Shown in pieces: positions 20,468-30,807 of a stretch of 64,000 bases of DNA. How positions within the stretch are numbered: position 1 is the stretch's first letter; every line of letters starts with the position of its first letter. A model generated the notes under the pieces. That model did no database searches, was not told the DNA's origin, and was given only the letters and a program-made list of their open reading frames with translations. The translations under genes and the position numbers were made by a program. Source of the stretch: Thermodesulfobacteriota bacterium (GTDB taxonomy: Bacteria > Desulfobacterota_D > UBA1144 > Nemesobacterales > Mycalebacteriaceae); the NCBI GenBank assembly GCA_965226585.1, contig OZ245366.1, forward strand, positions 736,001 through 800,000. Direction: 5' to 3'.

Positions 20468-21511
20468 ATGAAAAATGTGAAATCATTTATCGCGGTCTTT
20501 GTTTTGTGTGTGTTTTACGGAGCCGTTACGGTCGGCGCGCAGACGGAAAGCAGGAACAATACCCCGTATGTCGGTCTGGACGCAGGGCTTTCACTTGCTC
20601 AGGCGCCGGACATTTCAAACTTTAATGACGGCATTCCGTCCAGATGCGATCTTCACCGTACTGGAATGGGAATCACTGCCAACGTTGCCGATTTTAACGG
20701 GGATACTGGCTGTAAAGACGGCGGCAAGACCCCATGGGAATACGGCGATTTTGACTCAAGCATAGGGCACACGGTTGGGGTTACGGCGGGGGTTTCCCGC
20801 TTGTTCGGCATACCGCTCAGAGCGGAAGTTGAGTATCTGTATCGCAACAACAATTTTGACGGCGAATCTTCAACCGATATTGCGGAGAAATCACGGGAGT
20901 TCCGACCCTCGCACAACGGTCAGGCATACGGGCGTCTGGGAAACATCTGGTCGCACGGATTTTTCGCCAATCTCTACTACGACCTTCCCCTACAGTCAAA
21001 ACTCACTCCCTACATCGGCGGCGGAGTTGGATGGGCTCTCACAAAGTTTCAACTTGAGCACTTCTTTCAGAGGAATGATAATGGTGATACGGGAACTTCC
21101 GCCGACCCTGCGGGTCATCCCGCCGACTACTCCGTAGACGCAGAAGATAATTGTGTGCTTGGTGACGGTGAAGGCACAAACGATTGCGTTCTTGAAGCGC
21201 TTGAGGGTGTTATAAGTCAGGCGCAGACAACTCATGACGGAAGCGCGGTTGGGTTTCAGGCGCTTCTCGGTTTTGACTACAAGTTAAGCGAAAAGTTTTC
21301 CGCAGGAGTAAAATTCCGCTGGGCTTATGTTGGAGAGATTGAAGGCGGCGATGAGAGATGGGATGTTCTTAGAAACCACGATTCAACGGTTTCGCCCGAC
21401 AATCCAACCGACACCGAACTCGGAAGGTCCAACGAAATAACCTATACATCCACTCTGAACAGTTCGCAGTTCTGGGGCGCCGCCATAAGTTTGAAATACC
21501 ATATATTCTGA
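20468..21511 (+). CDS. opacity/Msp-like outer membrane beta-barrel protein, paralog 2
   Basis: Same motifs as the upstream gene and a near-identical leader and signal peptide. Confidence 0.85.
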   Translation: MKNVKSFIAVFVLCVFYGAVTVGAQTESRNNTPYVGLDAGLSLAQAPDISNFNDGIPSRCDLHRTGMGITANVADFNGDTGCKDGGKTPWEYGDFDSSIGHTVGVTAGVSRLFGIPLRAEVEYLYRNNNFDGESSTDIAEKSREFRPSHNGQAYGRLGNIWSHGFFANLYYDLPLQSKLTPYIGGGVGWALTKFQLEHFFQRNDNGDTGTSADPAGHPADYSVDAEDNCVLGDGEGTNDCVLEALEGVISQAQTTHDGSAVGFQALLGFDYKLSEKFSAGVKFRWAYVGEIEGGDERWDVLRNHDSTVSPDNPTDTELGRSNEITYTSTLNSSQFWGAAISLKYHIF

Positions 21512-21534
21512 TAAAAATGCTCCGGTTTTGAAAT

Positions 21535-22086
21535 ATGATAAAAAAATTAGTTGTCGCAGGTTTAGTTTTTCTCGCCATTCTTGTTGTGGCGGTTTCCTAT
21601 ATTCTTGTTGAAAGACCGCAGTTTGAAGTGAGCATAACGGCGGAGCAGATTCAAAAAAATCTGGAAAAACAGTTCCCCTACGAAAAAACGCAGTTGTTTA
21701 TCTTCAAAACCGTCCTGTCAAATCCCGAAGTACGGCTTGACCCCAAAGAGGAAAAAATAGGGCTGAGTTCTGATATAACCGTTTTTGTGAGCGAAGTTGA
21801 GGCGCTTAAAACCAGAATCCATATGGAAACCGGAATTCGCTACGAATCCGTTTCTCGGTCTTTGTTTCTTGCCGACCCCGCGCTGACACAATTTGAATTG
21901 CCGGGAATGAAGGGAAAAACGCAAAGAGTTGTGCGCGACATTGTCGGTCAGGCGATTACCGAAATCATAGCGGCGCACCCAATCTATAAACTTGACGGAA
22001 AAAACCGCGCGGCAAAAATCGCGGGGGCGGTTCTGAAAGACGTCAAAATACAGGACGGCGTTCTGAAGGTTGTTTTCGGTTTTTGA
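21535..22086 (+). CDS. DUF1439-like protein
   Basis: N-terminal anchor; EQIQ..L.K.FP.EK, LSNP.V.L and PIYKL motifs. Confidence 0.65.
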   Translation: MIKKLVVAGLVFLAILVVAVSYILVERPQFEVSITAEQIQKNLEKQFPYEKTQLFIFKTVLSNPEVRLDPKEEKIGLSSDITVFVSEVEALKTRIHMETGIRYESVSRSLFLADPALTQFELPGMKGKTQRVVRDIVGQAITEIIAAHPIYKLDGKNRAAKIAGAVLKDVKIQDGVLKVVFGF

Positions 22087-22110
22087 AAACCTCGGACGCG
22101 CGCCGGTTTG

Positions 22111-23220
22111 TCAAACCTTTGACTGATAAAGCCCGCCCTCCGAACTGTCCACAAGCCCTTCAATCTCAAGTTCAAGCATAAGAGTTGAAAGTTCCGACAC
22201 CTTTTCTCCGGTTTTCTCGGCTATCGCGTCAATATGAAGCGGCTCCGCCCTCAGCAGTTCAAGCAGTTTTTTCCGGTCTTCCGGCAAGGCGGCAAGTTTT
22301 GCCTCCATCTCCCCGTCTTCTTCCGCAGGGCTTTCCAGATGACGGAGCGCAGAGATTTCCAGAGCTATGTCGTCCGCGCCTTCGCACAGTTTCGCGCCGC
22401 GTTTTATAAGCAAGTTGGCTCCCCCGCTGTTCTTTTCTCCAACCCGCCCCGGAACCGCGAACACTTCCCTGTTTTGCTCAAGGGCGAACGCCGCAGTTAT
22501 AAGCGCGCCGCTTTTCTTTGCCGCCTGCACAACAACGGTTCCGAGAGAAAGCCCGCTGATTATGGCGTTTCGTTCGGGAAAATTTGTTTTGTCCGGCTCC
22601 GTTCCGGGCGGAAACGCCGAGATGACCGCCCCGTTTTGCGCGATTTTTTCATAAATCTCGTGATTCTCCGGCGGATATATCACATCAAGCCCGCTTCCCA
22701 GAACGGCTATCGTGCGTCCGCCGGCTTCAATCGCCGCTTTGTGAGCCGCAGAGTCAATCCCCCTTGCCATTCCGCTTACAACGCAAATGCCCCTTTCCGC
22801 AAGCCCTGAAGAGAGGGCTTTTGCCATATCTGTTCCGTATTTGACGGGAAACCTTGTGCCGACAACCGCGATGGCGAGATTGTCTTCTTTCCGCAACTCT
22901 CCCAGCACATAGATAACGGCGGGGGCGGCGTGTATCTGTTTCAGCAGGGGCGGGTACTTGCCGTCAGACAGCGTAACTATTTGAAACCCGCGCTCTGTCG
23001 CCCGCGAAACGGCGCGCCGGGCATTTTCCCAATCCGTGAAGTTTCTTACAAGTTTTTCGGTCTCCGCCCCGATGCCGTCTATTTTTGACAGCTCGCCGGG
23101 TGTGTCCGCCGCCTTGAAAACGCTTCCCGCAGAGCCGCATTCATCCACCAGGCGGCTTATGAGAACGTTGCCGAGACCCTTGATTAAACTCAGGGCGATA
23201 AAAGAGGTTTTTTCGTCCAT
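22111..23220 (-). CDS. dprA: DNA-processing protein DprA
   Basis: YPPLLKQI, IAVVGTR, VVSGMARGID, FPERN.IISGLS, SGALITA and C-terminal wHTH LELE. Confidence 0.95.
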   Translation of the reverse strand: MDEKTSFIALSLIKGLGNVLISRLVDECGSAGSVFKAADTPGELSKIDGIGAETEKLVRNFTDWENARRAVSRATERGFQIVTLSDGKYPPLLKQIHAAPAVIYVLGELRKEDNLAIAVVGTRFPVKYGTDMAKALSSGLAERGICVVSGMARGIDSAAHKAAIEAGGRTIAVLGSGLDVIYPPENHEIYEKIAQNGAVISAFPPGTEPDKTNFPERNAIISGLSLGTVVVQAAKKSGALITAAFALEQNREVFAVPGRVGEKNSGGANLLIKRGAKLCEGADDIALEISALRHLESPAEEDGEMEAKLAALPEDRKKLLELLRAEPLHIDAIAEKTGEKVSELSTLMLELEIEGLVDSSEGGLYQSKV

Positions 23221-23264
23221 CGTGTCAGAGCCGATATAATAACAGGAAAGAGAGGGAGTGAAAT

Positions 23265-24473
23265 ATGGAAGCATTCATTTTGGCGGTTCTGGTTATCGGC
23301 TTAGTCATCGGCGCGGTTGTCGGCTACTTTGCGGCAAGCCGCGTTGCGGGTGAGAAAAACAGGGCGGAAGGAATAAAAATCGCCGCGCTTGAGGCGGAGC
23401 GCGAAGCCCGAGAGAGAGAGCGTGAGGAGGAAAAAAGCAATGAGGATATGCTCAAATTGAAGTTTGAGAATCTGGGCAATAGCATTTTTGACAACAACAG
23501 CAAAAAGTTCACGGAATCCACTCTTGAGCCATTTCAGAAACAGATAGAAAACTTTGAGAAAATTCTCAAGGAGAAAGGCAAGGAACATACCGAACTGAAA
23601 ACGCAACTGGTCAATATGATAGAAGCCGAAGAAAAGGTTTCCCAACGCGCCTATGAATTGGAACAGGCGCTTAGAAATCGCTCTGATGTGCGGGGGAGGT
23701 GGGGCGAGATGACTTTGCAGAGAATTGCCGAGTTGGCGGGAATGATTGAGTACTGCGATTTTAATATGCAGGAAAACGTTGAAACTACGGATGGAAGAAC
23801 ACAACGTCCGGACATGGTTGTTTGTCTGCCGGAGCGCGGTGTGGTTGTTGTGGACGCAAAAACCAATTTAAGCGCCTATCTAGATTCCCTGTCTGCAGAA
23901 GATGAAGAGAAGGCAAATGCTTTTATTGACAAACACGTCCAGAATATCAAAAGCGAGGTTAACAATCTTTCAAGTAAAGCCTACTGGGAATCATTGGATG
24001 ACTCTCCCGAATTTGTTGTCTTGTTTGTTCCAGGCGACAACTTTCTGTCAGTTGCTTTACAAAGGGCTCCTGACCTTCAGGAGAAGGCAATGGAGAAGAA
24101 GATTATTATCGCGACTCCCAACACACTTTTCGCGCTTTTACGCGCCGTTGCATTTGGCTGGCAACAGAAAAACGCTTCTGAGAACAGCAAGAAAATCATA
24201 GAAACGGGTAAGGAGTTGTATAAGGGACTTGAGATTTTTTATTCACATTTTGAATCCATCGGGAAAAGTATTGGGACTGTTACAAAAAACTACAACAAGG
24301 CGGTGGGATCATTTGAGCATACCGTCAGACCGAAAGGTCGCCGTTTTGAAAGTCTTGGAATACCGGGCGGAATTAAAGATGCGGATGAAGTTACAGAAAC
24401 AACCCGCACTCCGTCTTTGCAGGATACTGATGAAGCCGGAGAAAATTCCGTTTCCGGAGATGAGCAGTCATGA
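23265..24473 (+). CDS. rmuC: DNA recombination protein RmuC
   Basis: N-terminal TM and coiled coil; RGRWGE..L.RI.E.AG, RPD.VV.LP, VDAK and PEFVVLFVP. Confidence 0.93.
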   Translation: MEAFILAVLVIGLVIGAVVGYFAASRVAGEKNRAEGIKIAALEAEREAREREREEEKSNEDMLKLKFENLGNSIFDNNSKKFTESTLEPFQKQIENFEKILKEKGKEHTELKTQLVNMIEAEEKVSQRAYELEQALRNRSDVRGRWGEMTLQRIAELAGMIEYCDFNMQENVETTDGRTQRPDMVVCLPERGVVVVDAKTNLSAYLDSLSAEDEEKANAFIDKHVQNIKSEVNNLSSKAYWESLDDSPEFVVLFVPGDNFLSVALQRAPDLQEKAMEKKIIIATPNTLFALLRAVAFGWQQKNASENSKKIIETGKELYKGLEIFYSHFESIGKSIGTVTKNYNKAVGSFEHTVRPKGRRFESLGIPGGIKDADEVTETTRTPSLQDTDEAGENSVSGDEQS

Positions 24474-24655
24474 GCCATAAAGACGAAAAAAACTCTCTGC
24501 TGTTTTATCTCGCAGACCGTCTTGGCGGTCCACTTGTCTCGGCTACTCTTGTCGCGTGCCTGATTTCAGGGCTTGAGACGAGCCATTTATTTCTCTACGC
24601 GGCGGGCATCACACTGCTCACCGTCTCGTATATTCACAACAAAAGACACCATTAA
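24470..24655 (+). CDS. small membrane protein
   Basis: ATGA overlap with rmuC; two hydrophobic segments. Confidence 0.5.
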   Translation: MSHKDEKNSLLFYLADRLGGPLVSATLVACLISGLETSHLFLYAAGITLLTVSYIHNKRHH

Positions 24656-24677
24656 AATAGGGTTCTGCGCCTAGCCA

Positions 24678-25367
24678 CTAGATAATTTTTTCAGATTTTT
24701 CATAGATTTTTTGTATGTCGCTCACAGCAATTCTGAATTTAGTTCCATGGTCTCTTACCGAACCACTATCTTTGATGTAAGCATCAAAATCCACAGCCAC
24801 CAACCCCTTCTCAATTTGTTTCATAAGAGCACTCATCTTGAGTTGTTCAAACGCTGTTGCCCGATTATATGTGACTTGCTTCACTCCATTGTGTGTTCGG
24901 GTTTTTCCTGTCACAAGAACCAGCCGCCGGAGTTTACTGCCAACTGAATTGAGCAAATCATCCTCTCTCCAATGTGGCACGGGCGAGTCTGAATTTTCAT
25001 GCCGCACCCAGATACTCCCCGAATCGTAAGCAATTTTGAAGCCTCGGTCGGATTCGCCACGGATAGTATGCCGGAATGATTGCTTTCCATTTCTACCAAT
25101 CCATCCGTGTTTGTTGATTATAAACTTGATGCAACCCCTAGGTCGCGGGGATCTGTGGAACAGAGTCACCAAAGACGAAGAATTTTTGCTACTCCACTTC
25201 AGTTCCCAAAGCCCCGCATCGGGGCCGTCGTGGTTTGTAGTCTTGATGCCGAGAACATTCTCCAGATACGTACCCGGGGCTCCTGACCCACCGCCTTTTT
25301 GGAGGTCATGCCACCCGCTACCACACAGTTCGCGTATTTTTTTGAACAAGACGGGCTTGGAGATCAA
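24678..25367 (-). CDS. MvaI/BcnI-family type II restriction endonuclease
   Basis: G..G..LE..LGI...N..GPD...WELK, TLFH..P.P and RDHGTKFRI; coupled to a methyltransferase. Confidence 0.8.
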   Translation of the reverse strand: MISKPVLFKKIRELCGSGWHDLQKGGGSGAPGTYLENVLGIKTTNHDGPDAGLWELKWSSKNSSSLVTLFHRSPRPRGCIKFIINKHGWIGRNGKQSFRHTIRGESDRGFKIAYDSGSIWVRHENSDSPVPHWREDDLLNSVGSKLRRLVLVTGKTRTHNGVKQVTYNRATAFEQLKMSALMKQIEKGLVAVDFDAYIKDSGSVRDHGTKFRIAVSDIQKIYEKSEKII

Positions 25368-26167
25368 CGAAGTCTCCTATATTCCGCCAAACGCTTTTCT
25401 GCCATACGGCAATAGTCTGCGCTCTTTTCAATACCTATCCAATCTCTGCCTGTAGCCTCAGCTGCCATGGCGGTTGTACCCGAACCCATGAATGGGTCAA
25501 GTATCACATTTCCAGTTGTGGACTCTATGCATCGTTGAGCAAGTTCCAAGGGGAATGGGGCGGGGTGCGGATTCTTGGACTCTTGGGGGATTTCCCAGAC
25601 ATCACCGACAGCGTTGGCCTTAGGAGCCAGTTTGAATTTTGGTTTGGTAATCATGTAGATAACCTCGTAGGTGGGTAGAAAATAACCTTGATTGAAATTG
25701 ATACCACCCGACCGTCGCCAAATGATTATCTGGCGGACGGGGAAGCCATCCACTATGTCAGAACGGTCCTGAAGCAACCCATCCTGAACCCGCCATTTGT
25801 GGTTGTAGAATATCGCACCATCCGTTTTCAGGACATGCATCATGGCGGTCAGACAGCTACGTTGCCACTGGATGTAATCATCGTGTGGCATACAGTCATC
25901 GTGAGCGGCGTAGCCCTTCTGTAAGGCAGCTTTCGGCCACTTCCCGCCGTTGCCGTTCTTCATGCCGTTACCGGTTGATTGCTTCAGATTGTAAGGGGGG
26001 CTAGTGACAACGACATCAACGCACTCAGCAGGAAGATCGTTCATAATCTTCACGGCATCCCCGCGGTGTACTTTGCCTATCCACTGTTTAACGGTCTTGC
26101 TTTTCGACTGAACTTCGACCCTTGTCTGCAACTCATCATCAAGCGGAACCGACACCGCATTGCTCAT
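25364..26167 (-). CDS. site-specific DNA methyltransferase (beta class, probably N4-C)
   Basis: TSPPY (motif IV) precedes LDPFMGSGTT (motif I); HPAPFP; GIE. Confidence 0.93.
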   Translation of the reverse strand: MSNAVSVPLDDELQTRVEVQSKSKTVKQWIGKVHRGDAVKIMNDLPAECVDVVVTSPPYNLKQSTGNGMKNGNGGKWPKAALQKGYAAHDDCMPHDDYIQWQRSCLTAMMHVLKTDGAIFYNHKWRVQDGLLQDRSDIVDGFPVRQIIIWRRSGGINFNQGYFLPTYEVIYMITKPKFKLAPKANAVGDVWEIPQESKNPHPAPFPLELAQRCIESTTGNVILDPFMGSGTTAMAAEATGRDWIGIEKSADYCRMAEKRLAEYRRLR

Positions 26168-26288
26168 GTGATTAATCTCCCGCAGGTCAGGTTAGTGTTG
26201 ACCCTGTCCGCCAACACACTATCAGTTCTCATCTTGTCGTTCAACTTCCTTTGTCCTCATTATGGGATTTTACTTGTGATAATAACCG

Positions 26289-26906
26289 CTAAAAAATCAA
26301 AAACCGTTTTCTTTTCAGTTTGCCGCGACAACGGGCGAGTTGCTTTTCGTATGTTTTTTCCATCTTCTCAACCTTGCGGGCAACCTTAATCAGCCACCGC
26401 TTGTTTTTGTAAGACCCCTTGCGGTATCCGCCCCATCCCTCGTGATAGGCGAGGTAGAGGTTGTAGGCGTCATCCTTTCTGATTCCAAGCAGTTTCGCGC
26501 TTTTGTTGTTATACCACCCGATAAAATCCGCAGAGTCCTTGAAGTCAGACCGGCGCGTTAAAAACCCGCCTTTTTTTGTTTCCCTCAAATACTGCTCCCA
26601 TGTTGCGTCAACCGCCTGAGAGTATCCCGAAGCGGATGAAACCCTCTTCCACGGGATAATCCAGAGGATTTTTGTTCTGGGATGCTTCGCGCCCTTTAAG
26701 AAACTTGACTCCTGGCGGATAAACGCGAGCGTTACCGGAATCGGGGCTCCCCATTTCTTTTCGGTTCTCAACACATCGCCATACCAGCCCCGCTTGTTGA
26801 CGAGGATTGAGCAGGCGTTGTTGATGTCCGGCGGAACATAGGCAAAACTGCCCACGCAACCGGAGGCGAACAAAAGCGCGAACAAAAGCGCGGCATATTT
26901 TTTCAC
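26289..26906 (-). CDS. lytic transglycosylase SLT-domain lipoprotein
   Basis: Lipobox FASGC; IRQESSF, SSASGYSQA and YLAYHEG..GY. GTG start overlaps the upstream stop. Confidence 0.88.
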   Translation of the reverse strand: MKKYAALLFALLFASGCVGSFAYVPPDINNACSILVNKRGWYGDVLRTEKKWGAPIPVTLAFIRQESSFLKGAKHPRTKILWIIPWKRVSSASGYSQAVDATWEQYLRETKKGGFLTRRSDFKDSADFIGWYNNKSAKLLGIRKDDAYNLYLAYHEGWGGYRKGSYKNKRWLIKVARKVEKMEKTYEKQLARCRGKLKRKRFLIF

Positions 26907-28453
26907 TTCTTTCCCCATCCGCCTCCTCCCGGAGTCTCTATTCTCAGCGCGTCTCCGCGCCGCGCCTCAAAACTCCGCTTCGCGGGAAGCCGCTTTTCTT
27001 TCCCGCCCCTTGTGAGAAAGTTCCCGCCGCTCTTTCCGTCCTCTCCGCCGCGCACACCCCAGGGGCGGTGTTTTCTCCTCTCCGTAATTATGCAGACAGT
27101 TGCGGGGCTGAGAAAAATATACTCTCTCACTATGCCGTTTCCGCCTCTGAACTTTCCCCTTCCTCCCGACCGTTTTCTGATTGAGTACGAATTTATTTGC
27201 ACGGGCAGTTCCCTTTCAATCGCCTCTATGGGAGTGTTAAGCGTATTTGTCATGTGTGTTTGCACCGCAGACACGCCGTCTGCCCCGCTCCGTCCGCCCA
27301 TTCCGCCGCCAACCGTTTCGTAGAAAACAAAATCGCCCTCTGTGCCGCCGAAGGTTACGTTGTTCATCGTTCCCGAACTTGCCGCCTGTATCTTGTGCGG
27401 AACCGCCTTCACAAGCGCGCCGAACACGGCATCTGCAACTCGCTGGGAGGTTTCCACATTTCCGCCCGCAATCGCGTTTGGATACGCGGCGTTCAGAATG
27501 GAATCTTTATCCGTAACAATTTTCAGCGCCCTCAAAGGTCCCGCGTTCAAAGGCATACCGTCCGGCGCGAGGCACTGAAACACATACAGAACCGCAGAGA
27601 CGGTTACGCTCTCCGGCGCGTTCAAACATCCGCGCACCGGCGGCGAACTGCCTGAAAAATCAACCTTAGCCCTGCCGCCTTTTATCTCAACCTCCACCTT
27701 CAGGGCGATGTCTTGTGTTCCGGCTCCGTCATCGTCCAGAAAATCCGTGAACCCGTATTTGCCGTCCGGGATTTCCCTGATGGTTTCGCGCATCATTTTC
27801 TCGCCGTAATCAATCAGCCGCCCGGAGTTTTCGCGGACTGTTGCGGCTCCGTATTTTTCAACCGTCTGAAGAAGCCGTTTTCTGCCCGTTTCAAGAGCTG
27901 CGATTTGAGCGTTCAGGTCGCCGAATCTTTCTCTGCGGTTTCTCATCGGCGCGGTGATTTTTTCAAGCAGTCGCGTATCCGTTTTTCCCTTCTTCGCTAT
28001 TCGTGTCGGCGGGATTACAACCCCTTCTTCGTCTATTGAGGTGGAAAGCGGCATGGAGCCGGGGGTTTTTCCGCCCACATCGGTATGGTGCGCTCTCACG
28101 GCGATATGGAACTCCGGGCGTTTCCCGACAAACACGGGAAGCACGCAGGTTATGTCGGGCAGGTGTGTGCCGCCCTTGAACGGGTCGTTCAGTATGAATA
28201 TGTCTCCGTCCGCGATTTTCATTTCTTTGAGCACGGCGGCAACCGAGAAAGACATTGAGCCGAGATGGACGGGAATGTGCGCCGCCTGCGCTATCATCTC
28301 TCCGCCTGAGTTGAATATGGCGCACGAATGGTCGCGCCGCTCTTTGATGTTTGGTGAAAAAGACGAGCGCGTAAGACGCTTGCCCATTTCCTCCGCAGTT
28401 CCGGCAAGGATGTTGTTGAAAATTTCCAGTTCGAAACGGTCAAACGGGGGCAT
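26903..28453 (-). CDS. hydantoinase B / 5-oxoprolinase family protein
   Basis: NIKERRDHSCA, HIPVHLGSM, NDPFKGGTHLPD, HMTNT and ETPGGGG. Confidence 0.93.
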   Translation of the reverse strand: MPPFDRFELEIFNNILAGTAEEMGKRLTRSSFSPNIKERRDHSCAIFNSGGEMIAQAAHIPVHLGSMSFSVAAVLKEMKIADGDIFILNDPFKGGTHLPDITCVLPVFVGKRPEFHIAVRAHHTDVGGKTPGSMPLSTSIDEEGVVIPPTRIAKKGKTDTRLLEKITAPMRNRRERFGDLNAQIAALETGRKRLLQTVEKYGAATVRENSGRLIDYGEKMMRETIREIPDGKYGFTDFLDDDGAGTQDIALKVEVEIKGGRAKVDFSGSSPPVRGCLNAPESVTVSAVLYVFQCLAPDGMPLNAGPLRALKIVTDKDSILNAAYPNAIAGGNVETSQRVADAVFGALVKAVPHKIQAASSGTMNNVTFGGTEGDFVFYETVGGGMGGRSGADGVSAVQTHMTNTLNTPIEAIERELPVQINSYSIRKRSGGRGKFRGGNGIVREYIFLSPATVCIITERRKHRPWGVRGGEDGKSGGNFLTRGGKEKRLPAKRSFEARRGDALRIETPGGGGWGKK

Positions 28454-28522
28454 TTGTTCTATTCTACATAAAAGGCGCGGGCGGTTTTACCGAAAAACCC
28501 GTAAACCGAGTAAAATCAGTTT

Positions 28523-30382
28523 GTGTCTTCCGGTTCCCCTGAAACAAGTCCGCCAGACGGATGGGAAAAAGCGCTTGAGATTTTGCGCGGAACTTTCGGG
28601 TTTCCGGATTTCCGCTCAAGACAGGCGGAGATAATCCAAACCCTTTTGCGCGGAGAAGACGCGATTGTGATTATGCCGACAGGCGGCGGCAAGTCGCTCT
28701 GTTACCAACTTCCCTCACTCGCCCGCCCGGGAACGGGTGTGGTGATTTCCCCGCTTATCGCCCTTATGAAAGATCAGGTTGACGCCCTGCGCCAATACGG
28801 AGTTCGCGCCGCGTTTCTGAACTCAAGCATGACATATTCCGAACGCGGCAAAACCGAAGCCGCCTTGCGGGCGGGAGGGCTGGATTTGCTCTACATGGCT
28901 CCCGAAGGGCTTCTTTCAAGCGGCGGTATTGACCTGCTCAAAGGTGTTGATATCGCGCTGTTTGCCATTGATGAAGCGCACTGCGTTTCGCGCTGGGGGC
29001 ATGATTTCCGACCCGAATATCTTGAACTTTCCGCGCTTGCCCGCCGTTTTCCGGGTGTGCCGCGCATGGCTCTCACGGCAACGGCGGACGAGGCAACTCA
29101 GCGGGAAATTGCCGACCGCCTGATTCTGGGTTCCGCGCAAAAATACATCTCCGGCTACGACCGCCCCAACATTCGCTACATGATAAACGAGGAGCCCGAA
29201 GCGAGGGCGGCTTTGCTTGAGTTTATAAACTCGCGGCACGGCGGCGAAAGCGGAATTGTCTATTGTATGTCTCGCAACGGAGTGGAGAAAACCGCCAAGT
29301 GGTTTTGCTCAAAAGGTCTTACCGCGCTTCCCTATCACGCCGGAATGACAAAAACGGAGAGGGAGAGAAATCACAACCGTTTTCTGCGCGAGGAGGGCGT
29401 TGTTGTTGTCGCGACTGTGGCGTTTGGAATGGGCATTGACAAGCCCGATGTCCGTTTTGTGGCGCATTTGAACTTGCCCAAAACCATTGAGTCTTACTAT
29501 CAGGAAACCGGACGCGCCGGGCGAGACGGTTTGCCCGCGAGCGCGTGGATGAGTTACGGCTTGCAGGATTTGATGATGCTTATTCAGATGGTTGACTCTT
29601 CGGATGCGGATGAGGCGTTCAAGCGTGTGGAGCGTTCCAAAATAAACTCTTTGCTGGGTCTTTGCGAAACCGCCGGATGCAGGAGGCAGGTTGTTCTGGG
29701 GTATCTCGGCGAGAGTTATGAGCATCCGTGCGGAAACTGCGACAATTGTATTTCTCCGCCCGAAACATGGGACGGAACCGTTGCCGCGCAGAAGGCGCTT
29801 GCGTGTGTCTACCGCACTGGCGAGAGGTTCGGGGTGGGTTATCTGACCGATGTGCTGACCGGCAGGGAGACGGAGCGGATACTCCGTTTTCGTCATAACG
29901 AGTTGAAGGTGTACGGTGCGGGGGCGGAGATGGACGCTGTGGGGTGGCGTTCTGTTATAAGGCAGTTGATTGCGGCGGGTTGTCTTGTCCCGAAGACTGA
30001 CGGATACGGCGGTTTGCGTTTGACGGAAAAGGGAAACTCTTTGATGCGCGGCAGGGGCGATATGTTTTTCCGCAAAATGCCTGAGAGGGAGAGGAAGCCG
30101 AAGAGGGAGAGAAGGGCGGCAAAACCGCGCGCGCCGAAGGATGTGAGCGGTGAGAACATGCCGGTTTTTGAAAAACTGCGCGAGTTGCGTTCCGCTCTTG
30201 CGCGAGAACAGAATGTTCCGCCGTATGTGATTTTCAGCAATGCCACTCTTGCCGCGATGGCAAAGGAAAAACCGCAGGATTTGGTGCAGATGGGTTTTAT
30301 CTCAGGCGTGGGAAGGGTGAAACTCAACAAATACGGCGAACGGTTTTTGAAGGCGTTGGAAGAATTTCAAAACAAAGATTGA
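28523..30382 (+). CDS. recQ: DNA helicase RecQ
   Basis: [32 protein letters not shown], Zn-binding Cys, RQC and HRDC domains. Confidence 0.97.
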   Translation: MSSGSPETSPPDGWEKALEILRGTFGFPDFRSRQAEIIQTLLRGEDAIVIMPTGGGKSLCYQLPSLARPGTGVVISPLIALMKDQVDALRQYGVRAAFLNSSMTYSERGKTEAALRAGGLDLLYMAPEGLLSSGGIDLLKGVDIALFAIDEAHCVSRWGHDFRPEYLELSALARRFPGVPRMALTATADEATQREIADRLILGSAQKYISGYDRPNIRYMINEEPEARAALLEFINSRHGGESGIVYCMSRNGVEKTAKWFCSKGLTALPYHAGMTKTERERNHNRFLREEGVVVVATVAFGMGIDKPDVRFVAHLNLPKTIESYYQETGRAGRDGLPASAWMSYGLQDLMMLIQMVDSSDADEAFKRVERSKINSLLGLCETAGCRRQVVLGYLGESYEHPCGNCDNCISPPETWDGTVAAQKALACVYRTGERFGVGYLTDVLTGRETERILRFRHNELKVYGAGAEMDAVGWRSVIRQLIAAGCLVPKTDGYGGLRLTEKGNSLMRGRGDMFFRKMPERERKPKRERRAAKPRAPKDVSGENMPVFEKLRELRSALAREQNVPPYVIFSNATLAAMAKEKPQDLVQMGFISGVGRVKLNKYGERFLKALEEFQNKD

Positions 30383-30402
30383 ACGATTGTTTCAAATCCG
30401 CC

Positions 30403-30783
30403 CTACTTCTTCCATCCAAAATTCTGCATACATTCCACAAACACATCATCCTGTTTTTCGCTTGCGCCGCCCATTAAGCCGCTTAAAAACCCAAACACGC
30501 CGCCCACAAGTTCACCGCCGCCAACTCCCGCTTCATCCATAATTTTTTGAAAATCACTTCCCGCTTTCTGTAAATCGCGCTTTTTTCGGGCTATCTCTTT
30601 TTTCTCTTCGGGAGTCAACTCCCTGTTGCCCGCTTTTGCATCACACACGGCAGATGCCACATCCCAGTCTGCGGTTGCCTTGTTGACGTCTCCGGGAGGG
30701 CTCCACGAACTCTGGCTGTAAATCGCGCCGCCGCAACCGGCGAGAAACAAAACACAGACGGACAGAGCCACAATTGAGCGCAT
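30403..30783 (-). CDS. hypothetical lipoprotein
   Basis: Lipobox FLAGC; Gly-zipper-like segment; C-terminal CM...GW. Confidence 0.65.
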   Translation of the reverse strand: MRSIVALSVCVLFLAGCGGAIYSQSSWSPPGDVNKATADWDVASAVCDAKAGNRELTPEEKKEIARKKRDLQKAGSDFQKIMDEAGVGGGELVGGVFGFLSGLMGGASEKQDDVFVECMQNFGWKK

Positions 30784-30807
30784 GATTTTTCCTTCGCGAA
30801 AAGCGGT

